Origin: Pseudomonadota bacterium | GTDB lineage: Bacteria > Pseudomonadota > Gammaproteobacteria > Burkholderiales > Burkholderiaceae_E | NCBI GenBank assembly: GCA_023388075.1 | Contig: JAEWGX010000016.1 | Coordinates: forward strand, 19,987-83,986 | Direction: 5' to 3' | Length of the DNA stretch: 64,000 bases | Shown: piece by piece, positions 58,851 through 64,000 of the stretch | Layout of the letters: each line of letters starts with the position of its first letter | How positions within the stretch are numbered: the first letter of the stretch is position 1 | Notes under the pieces: generated by a model | Databases searched by the model: none | Seen by the model: the letters and a program-made list of their open reading frames with translations, nothing else | Told to the model about the DNA's origin: nothing | Position numbers and translations under genes: made by a program

Positions 58851-59029
58851 GCCAAACGTCAAACCTTGCAAAAAGGAATCAGGCAGCCAGTCCCGATCCG
58901 CGTGTCACACCGCAAGCAAACCACAGCGGAAATCGACGCGCAAGCACCCCGGCAAAAATGTAACGTTTCTCGCCCGAGTGGCGGCGCGGCAGGGCCGCCG
59001 CGCAGGGCTGGCGCCGGTACGGCGCGCGA

Positions 59030-59983
59030 CTACCGCTTGAACTCGATCGGCACGCCGATGCCGAGCTGCTTGGTGCGTCGCTCCATTCGGCGGACCAGGT
59101 GGTCGATCTCCTGCGTGTCCAGGACGCTGAGCCTGGGGCCTGGCGACCGCAGGCGATCCCAGCGGATGGCGCCGCGCTTCTTCAGGAGGTACTTGCGCAC
59201 GGCGAGCCCGAGGCCGGGCTGCAGCTCATGCCGCACCAGGGGCAGGTACGCGTCGAACACGTCCTCCGCGTCCTCGCGCTTACCCGCCTGATAGAGCTGC
59301 TGTGTCTTCACCAGCGCCTCGGGATAGGCGAATCCGGTCATCGCGCCATCGACGCCGCGGCCAAGCTCCTGCGGAAAGTGGAGCCCGCCGAGACCGACCA
59401 GGATGGAGATCCGGCGCGTGCCGTGGCGCTCGGCCTCGCGCAGGGTGGTGATCTTGTTGAGACCCGGCCAGTCCTCGTGCTTGAACATCACCAGGCCGGG
59501 GAAGTCGTGCACCATGCGCGTGATGAGATACGGCGCCATGTGCACCATCGTCGCCTGCGGGTAGTCCTGCATCACCCACGGAATGCCCTCGAGGCGCGAG
59601 ACCACCTGCTCGAAGTAGCCGTAGACCTGCTCGTCGGTCTTCAGGCCGGGGGTCGGGGCGATCATCACGCCGGCCGCGCCGGCGTCCATCGAGCGCTTGG
59701 CGAGGTTGACCAGGTTGTCGACGCCCGGGTTGCTCACGCCCACCACGACTGGGATCTTCCCGTCGGCCTGCTTCAGCACGCTGCGCACGAACTGCAGGCT
59801 CTCTTCCTGCGAGAGCTTGGGCGCTTCGCCCATGATGCCGAGGATGGTCATGCCGCTCGCGCCGCATTCCCGATAGAAGTCGGTCATCGAGCGCGCGCTC
59901 TCGAGATCCAGCATGCCGTCCTCGGCGAATGGCGTCGCGGCGATGACGAATGTGCCGCTGGCAGTTTCGGTGAGCTTGTTCAA
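59030..59983 (-). CDS. Dihydrodipicolinate synthase (DapA-like) family aldolase
   Basis: ATPF, LGIMGEA, QDYP, FKHED Schiff-base Lys, GAMTGF; lacks the canonical GTTGE, so probably not true DapA. Confidence 0.88.
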   Translation of the reverse strand: MNKLTETASGTFVIAATPFAEDGMLDLESARSMTDFYRECGASGMTILGIMGEAPKLSQEESLQFVRSVLKQADGKIPVVVGVSNPGVDNLVNLAKRSMDAGAAGVMIAPTPGLKTDEQVYGYFEQVVSRLEGIPWVMQDYPQATMVHMAPYLITRMVHDFPGLVMFKHEDWPGLNKITTLREAERHGTRRISILVGLGGLHFPQELGRGVDGAMTGFAYPEALVKTQQLYQAGKREDAEDVFDAYLPLVRHELQPGLGLAVRKYLLKKRGAIRWDRLRSPGPRLSVLDTQEIDHLVRRMERRTKQLGIGVPIEFKR

Positions 59984-60055
59984 TGCAGTTGCGATCCGGG
60001 GTGGCGAAGCTAGCCAGAGTCTACACCGCTCACCGGCAGTGTTCGGCGGTGCGGT

Positions 60056-61501
60056 CTACTCGTCCGGCCAGCGAGGCTGACTCGCACCGAGCGGGACGGC
60101 AGGTCGGTGCCATCCTGGCGGTGTTTCGCTCATGCGCGCGGCATGGCGCACTGCGGTGAGCGCGCCGAAGCCGGAGGGCACGGTCTCCAGCAGATCCCGC
60201 ACGTCGCCGCGGCCCGGATCGGCCACGTCGAAGCCGCCCGCGACGCGGCCGAGCGAGCGCAGCCAGGCCGCGACCTGTGCGAGCGAAACCAGCACCTGCC
60301 AGCTTCCGCCTTCGGTGGCGCGGCGAAGCAGGGCGGCGCCGATGCCGAACGCGAGCAGATGGCCCGCGGCGTGATCGAGGATCTGCGTCGGCAGGGGCTT
60401 CGGTGTCACCTCGCCCGCGGCCTGGGCCTCGTCGAGGTTGAAGCCCGCCGCCGTCTGGACCAGCGAATCGAAGCCCCGCCGCTGTCGCCACGGTCCCTCC
60501 GGCCCCCAGGCCGAGAGCGATGCGCAGACGATGCCCGGGTGTCGCCGAGCCAGGGCCTGGGGCCCGAGGCCGTGCGCCGCGAGGCTGCCGGGCCGGTAGC
60601 CTTGCAGGAACACGTCGGCCGTCTCGAGCAGCGACTCCAGCGCGGCCTGGCCGCCGCTGTCGCGCAGGTCGATGTGGGTGCTCAGCTTGCCGCGGCTCAC
60701 GTCGGGCACCGCCTCGATGTTCGGCAGCGAGGGCGAATTCACCAGCAGCACGTCGGCGCCATGGGCCGCGAGCGTGCGGCCGGCGACCGGGCCGGCGAGA
60801 ATCCGCGTGAGCTCCAGGACCCGCACGCCGGCGAGCGGTCGCTCGGCAGGCGAGCCCGCGTCCTGCCGTCGCAGGGTGCGCGGGGGCGCCTCGCCGATGC
60901 GCGTGACCGACAGGAGCGGCAGCGCCGCGACCGCCTGTCCCTGCGGATGCGCATTCCACTCGGCGGTGGATCGCAGCGCGACTATCGGCAGGCCGCTCGC
61001 GGCAGCGGCTTCCTCGAATCCGAGCGCGGAATGGCCGCGCAGTGCGGCGGTGATCGCATCCCGGGAGGGCCCGCAACCGAGCAGCGCGAGTGCGCCGTCG
61101 CGGTGATGCGCGAAGTTGGCGTGGATGCGCACCCAGCCACCGTCGCCGCAGCGATAGAGACCGGTGAGCGGATCGCCGACCGCGATGGCGTGACCGTCGA
61201 TGGCGAAGTAGCGGTCGCTGCGCGCCTCGATGGCGGCATGGCGAAGGTCGACGGCCACCTGCTGGCGCCGGCCGCCGCGGCGGTGCCAGATCTCCGCCGC
61301 CGCCAGTGCCGCCAGCGCGATCGCGGCCTGGGCCACGTGGCTGACGGCGAAAGAGGAGGGCAGCGCCGGCCGCGTCCCCTCGAACTCCAGCGCCTGAAGC
61401 GCCCGCGGATCGAGGCCGACGGATGTCCACGCCCGACCGACCGTGGCGCGGACATCCGGACCCGCGACCGCCGACCGCGGCTCGTCCGGGGCGCTTGCCA
61501 T
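60056..61501 (-). CDS. Family III CoA-transferase (CaiB/BaiF)
   Basis: [37 protein letters not shown]; start re-picked at ATG 61501. Confidence 0.9.
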   Translation of the reverse strand: MASAPDEPRSAVAGPDVRATVGRAWTSVGLDPRALQALEFEGTRPALPSSFAVSHVAQAAIALAALAAAEIWHRRGGRRQQVAVDLRHAAIEARSDRYFAIDGHAIAVGDPLTGLYRCGDGGWVRIHANFAHHRDGALALLGCGPSRDAITAALRGHSALGFEEAAAASGLPIVALRSTAEWNAHPQGQAVAALPLLSVTRIGEAPPRTLRRQDAGSPAERPLAGVRVLELTRILAGPVAGRTLAAHGADVLLVNSPSLPNIEAVPDVSRGKLSTHIDLRDSGGQAALESLLETADVFLQGYRPGSLAAHGLGPQALARRHPGIVCASLSAWGPEGPWRQRRGFDSLVQTAAGFNLDEAQAAGEVTPKPLPTQILDHAAGHLLAFGIGAALLRRATEGGSWQVLVSLAQVAAWLRSLGRVAGGFDVADPGRGDVRDLLETVPSGFGALTAVRHAARMSETPPGWHRPAVPLGASQPRWPDE

Positions 61502-61612
61502 CAGGGTCTTCCTCCGATCACTGAAGCCTTCATCGAACGTTGCTATTCTTGCATCGAATCCGCCGCGCTCACCCGAGTCCGGCGACGCGCACGCATTCGC
61601 AGGAGTCATCGC

Positions 61613-62944
61613 ATGGGCACTCGTGGCGGCTCGAGCCGGGAATCTCCCTCCTACCTGTCGGGCTTCGGAAACGAGTTCGCCACCGAAGCGTTGCCGGGCG
61701 CCTTGCCGGAAGGCAGGAACTCGCCGCAGCGCTGCGCCTACGGCCTCTACGCGGAGCAGATCTCCGGCACCGCCTTCACGGCGCCGCGCGCGAGCAACCG
61801 TCGGTCATGGCTCTACCGCATACGGCCCGCCGCGCAGCATCGTCCCTTCGTACGGATCGACGGTGGGTCGATCACCAGCGACTTCGGCGCCGAGCCGACG
61901 CCGCCCAACCAGCTTCGCTGGGATCCGATGCCGGTGCCGGACGCGGGATCCACCCCGCTCGATTTCGTCGACGGCCTCGTGACGATGGCAGGCAACGGCG
62001 ATCCCCATGCGCAGAGCGGCTGTGGCATCCACGTCTACGTGGCCAACCGCTCCATGGCGGACCGCTACTTCTACGACGCCGACGGCGAGCTTCTCATCGT
62101 GCCGCAGATGGGGCGGCTGCGCCTCGCGACCGAGCTCGGCCTGCTCGATGTCGAGCCGCAGGAGATCGCGGTGATCCCACGCGGCATCCGCTTCCGCGTG
62201 GAGCTGCCCGATGGCGCGGCGCGCGGCTATGTCTGCGAGAACTTCGGCGCACCCTTCAGACTGCCGGACCTCGGCCCGATCGGCTCCAACGGGCTTGCGA
62301 ACCCGCGTGACTTCCTCACGCCGGCCGCCTGGTACGAGGATCGTGACGGCGCCTGCCAACTGGTCGCCAAGTTCATGGGGCATCTGTGGGCCGCCGAGAT
62401 GGATCATTCGCCGCTCGACGTGGTGGCCTGGCATGGCAACCATGCGCCGTACAAGTACGACCTGCGCCGATTCAACGCCATCGGCAGCATCACCTTCGAC
62501 CATCCGGACCCGTCGATCTTCCTCGTGCTGCAGTCGCAATCCGACACGCCGGGCGTCGACGCGATCGACTTCGTCATCTTTCCACCGCGGGTGCTGGTGG
62601 CGCAGGACACCTTTCGCCCGCCCTGGTTCCACCGCAACGTGGCGAGCGAGTTCATGGGCCTCATCACCGGCGCCTACGATGCCAAGGCCGAGGGGTTCGT
62701 CCCCGGCGGCGCCAGCCTGCACAACTGCATGTCGGGCCATGGCCCGGACGCGGAGACCTTCGAGCGGGCCAGCAGCGCGGACACCGCGAAGCCGACCTAC
62801 GTGAAGGACACCATGGCCTTCATGTTCGAGACGCGTTGCGTGATCCGCCCGACGGTTGCGGCGCTGCGATCGGCTCAGTTGCAGGCGGATTACTTCCAGT
62901 GCTGGCAGGGTCTGACACGGCGCTTCGACCCGGGCAGGCGTTAG
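61613..62944 (+). CDS. hmgA: Homogentisate 1,2-dioxygenase
   Basis: [74 protein letters not shown] before ATG 61613. Confidence 0.97.
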   Translation: MGTRGGSSRESPSYLSGFGNEFATEALPGALPEGRNSPQRCAYGLYAEQISGTAFTAPRASNRRSWLYRIRPAAQHRPFVRIDGGSITSDFGAEPTPPNQLRWDPMPVPDAGSTPLDFVDGLVTMAGNGDPHAQSGCGIHVYVANRSMADRYFYDADGELLIVPQMGRLRLATELGLLDVEPQEIAVIPRGIRFRVELPDGAARGYVCENFGAPFRLPDLGPIGSNGLANPRDFLTPAAWYEDRDGACQLVAKFMGHLWAAEMDHSPLDVVAWHGNHAPYKYDLRRFNAIGSITFDHPDPSIFLVLQSQSDTPGVDAIDFVIFPPRVLVAQDTFRPPWFHRNVASEFMGLITGAYDAKAEGFVPGGASLHNCMSGHGPDAETFERASSADTAKPTYVKDTMAFMFETRCVIRPTVAALRSAQLQADYFQCWQGLTRRFDPGRR

Positions 62945-62984
62945 AGAGGCAGGGGCGGGCGCCTGCGCCATTGGCGCCAGGCGC

Positions 62985-64000
62985 TCAGATTACGTTGCGC
63001 TCGAGCAGCGGACGCCGCTCCAGGATGCGCTGGAAGCCGAGCGGAGCGAGGTCGAGTGTCCGATAGCCGCCATGTCGGATCGCCTCGGCAATGCCAAGGC
63101 CGGTCGCCGGCGCCTGCTGCAGTCCATGGCCGGAGAAGCCGACCGCGAAGTAGAGGTTGCCGCAGGACGGATGCAGGCCGATCACGGCATTGTGGTCGAA
63201 GGTGTTCATCTCGTAGTAGCCGGCCCAGGCACCCGCCATGCGGATCGCCTCGAAGGCGGGGACGCGATGGGCAAGCGCCGGCCAGATGTGCTCGTCGAAC
63301 GCGGCGTACTCCACCTCGAGCGGCGGCTCGTCGGGGTCGTCCTGTGGTGTGAAGCCGCAGATGAACCGGTCGCCCTCCGGCCGGAACCAGATGCCCGAGG
63401 GGTCGATGACCAGCGGGCAGCCCGGCAGGCGGCTCGGGCACGTGAAGGCGAAGACGCTGCGCCGTCGTGCCGCCACCGGCAGTGCGATGCCGGCCCAGGC
63501 CGCGACCGAGGCCGCCCATGGACCGGCTGCGTTGACGGCCGCATCGCATGCGAGCGCACGGCTTGGTCCCCGGCTCGCGCCGTCCCGACCGCGTTCGCGG
63601 ACCAGCACGGCGGTCACGCGGCCGCCTGAGTCCCGCTGGAACCCGTGGGCCTCCGCCTGGAGGTAGCGCGCACCCTGGGCCACCGCCTTGCGGCGCAGCG
63701 CCTGCATCAGTCCATAGCCGTCGAACCAGCCTTCGTCGCGCAGACCGAGCGACCCGAGCGCGATGCCGTCGGTCGCGAGCCAGGGAAAGCGGGCCCGGAG
63801 CTCGTCGGGCGAGAGCAGCGCGACCGCGACGCCGCTCTCGCGCTGGACCGCGTGGTTCTCCCGAAGCCGGTCGACTCCGGCCGGCGTGGCGAGATAGAGA
63901 TAGCCCGGCTCCACCAGCCCCACGTCCGGCCGCTCGCCATCGATGGCGAGGGACTCGCCGATCTCGCGCAGGAACCCGATGCCGAAGCGCGACATGGCGA
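62985..64000 (-). CDS. FAD-dependent oxidoreductase (DAO/sarcosine oxidase-like); 5' end outside the window
   Basis: GYLYLA, EGWFD, VNAAGPWA, WAGYYE, GFSGHGLQQ; N-terminal GxGxxG not in the window. Confidence 0.88.
   Translation of the reverse strand, partial: AMSRFGIGFLREIGESLAIDGERPDVGLVEPGYLYLATPAGVDRLRENHAVQRESGVAVALLSPDELRARFPWLATDGIALGSLGLRDEGWFDGYGLMQALRRKAVAQGARYLQAEAHGFQRDSGGRVTAVLVRERGRDGASRGPSRALACDAAVNAAGPWAASVAAWAGIALPVAARRRSVFAFTCPSRLPGCPLVIDPSGIWFRPEGDRFICGFTPQDDPDEPPLEVEYAAFDEHIWPALAHRVPAFEAIRMAGAWAGYYEMNTFDHNAVIGLHPSCGNLYFAVGFSGHGLQQAPATGLGIAEAIRHGGYRTLDLAPLGFQRILERRPLLERNVI

Noticed and set aside
59030..59983. Calling this dapA
   Set aside because: It has GIMGE instead of GTTGE and a catabolic context; family-level call only
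60107..62944. 945-aa HmgA with an N-terminal extension
   Set aside because: The extension is antisense to the CoA-transferase; SD and homology begin at ATG 61613

Overview
High-GC bacterial chromosome segment. Gene content and order (suhB-trmJ, lpxH-ppiA-TPR-cysS-alkA-accA-tilS-lysC, Bug/TctC receptors, tRNA-Ser) point to a Burkholderiales-type betaproteobacterium (inference). About 53 CDS are supported. Housekeeping core: roxA/ycfD-like, mutS, and the suhB to lysC block. Metabolic and transport inserts: sugar-type ABC transporter, Lrp-ocd-rocF, AcrAB/OprM-type RND pump with TetR repressor, TAXI-TRAP with aminotransferase and class II aldolase, putA, hmgA. An accessory stretch beside tRNA-Ser(GCT) carries cytochrome b561, a multi-TM patatin/cPLA2-like protein, small lipoprotein/membrane proteins, MlrC, SRAP, CadR, CorA and a Zn-ADH. 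No integrase, transposase, phage gene, rRNA or CRISPR array was recognised. The most unusual feature is an 83-bp structured tandem repeat (1154-1344). Each full copy is a complete 28-codon mini-ORF with its own SD, a candidate anti-SD and ATGA stop/start overlaps, chaining the upstream gene to the roxA-like gene, whose first codons derive from the repeat. Several non-repeat mini-ORFs bridge other intergenic gaps in a similar way. All calls are by eye from motifs; no database searches were run. Several start codons were re-picked by eye and are uncertain.
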